A stretch of DNA of 63,847 nucleotides, filler included, from Choristocarpus tenellus KU-1152 (taxonomy: Eukaryota > Protista > Phaeophyceae), in assembly GCA_964200185.2 (NCBI GenBank). It is 13 parts of 13 records of this genome, joined end to end, with 100 filler letters (N's around TTAATTAATTAA, not from the genome) between each part and the next. Parts side by side here need not be neighbours in the genome. Positions count along the whole stretch, not along the records: positions 61,283 to 63,847 come from CAXNAD020026722.1; 12 more parts are not named here. One strand, given 5' to 3'. Positions 63,048-63,847 of the stretch are shown here, piece by piece (position 1 is the stretch's first letter; each line of letters starts with the position of its first letter). The position numbers were made by a program, and so were the translations under genes. The notes below the pieces were generated by a model, which did no database searches, was not told the origin of the DNA, and was given only the letters and a program-made list of their open reading frames with translations.

Positions 63048-63574
63048 GTGCACACTCTGAGGACAAACACACAGGGGTACAAAACAACAAGCCGGCCAGC
63101 AATCTCCAACACAAAAACAAGTCAACTTGAACACTTGAATACTCGATAGATAATGCCTCCATACTACTCTTTTGAGAAAAAACATTATTTCCACATCAAT
63201 CACCGAGAAACCAGATGGAATGTCACCCAATCAAATCAACAGACATCAAACACCGCCAATCAAATCAACCCTTCCTTCCCTCTCCCACAGACGAGACCAA
63301 ATCTCTCTCTCCACTTGTAACAAACACCCCCCACAAGCATACAGAGCACGGTGGACACGCGCACATAACTAACTCCTCAACCCTGCAGAACATTTTATTA
63401 GAGCACACTAGTGGCACAATTAAATCATCCCACCTTAAAAACTGAGAAACAAACAAATGTTATCCTCTTCTACCACCGTACAATCAATCCCCCAGCTCAC
63501 ACCTTTTCAGGGACTTTCTATTATTGATCTCTCCATCTCTCCATCCATTACCGCTCCTCCTACCCGTTGCCCCA

Positions 63575-63610
63575 CATAGACATGCCTACATAGACATGCC
63601 TACATAGACA
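63575..63610. repeat. 14-bp tandem repeat x2.6
   Basis: ACATAGACATGCCT repeated. Confidence 0.85.
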
Positions 63611-63847
63611 CATCAGCTCCCCTTTTTGCCAATCGGAGTCCCAACCAACTACATCGCACTATCAAAATGAAAAAAAAAAGTGTAAGGAAAAATAATTAGA
63701 CCTATCGATGGCAACAACAGTACGCAGAAGTCCCTTTCCATCACAAAACGAGAAAAACACTTCCATTCCATTCCACTCCCCCCCCCCCCCCCCCCCCCAC
63801 CCCCCCCCCCCCCCCCCCCAAAAACACTTTCTCCCCTTTTGTGGTGG

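Noticed and set aside
61283-63847. Last contig
   Set aside because: Only microsatellites and low-complexity sequence, with no supportable gene.

Overview
This window is not one continuous locus. It is 13 short eukaryotic contigs joined by an artificial 100-nt linker (N44-TTAATTAATTAA-N44), plus one 10-N scaffold gap. The DNA is intron-rich and carries TTAGGG-type repeats, flagellar genes and transposon types typical of stramenopiles, so a brown alga is my inferred source. Gene fragments were rebuilt from GT-AG exons with consistent phases: IFT140, a PHD-finger protein, a cytochrome P450, DUS1, an IQ/p25-alpha/WW protein, calnexin, a myosin, and a focadhesin/RST1 homologue head-to-head with the myosin. 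Mobile DNA comprises decayed Copia, Gypsy, RTE-like and CRE-like retroelements, two related high-copy MITE families, and a TGT...ACA element with a 4-bp target site duplication (TSD) found only inside other retrotransposons. The most striking signal is pervasive short interstitial (CCCTAA)n patches. In two MITE copies they replace the ancestral sequence at telomere-like microhomologies, and in IFT140 introns they occupy branch-point positions. This suggests telomerase-templated patching of internal DNA, which is an inference. All family assignments come from recognised motifs; no database searches were run.
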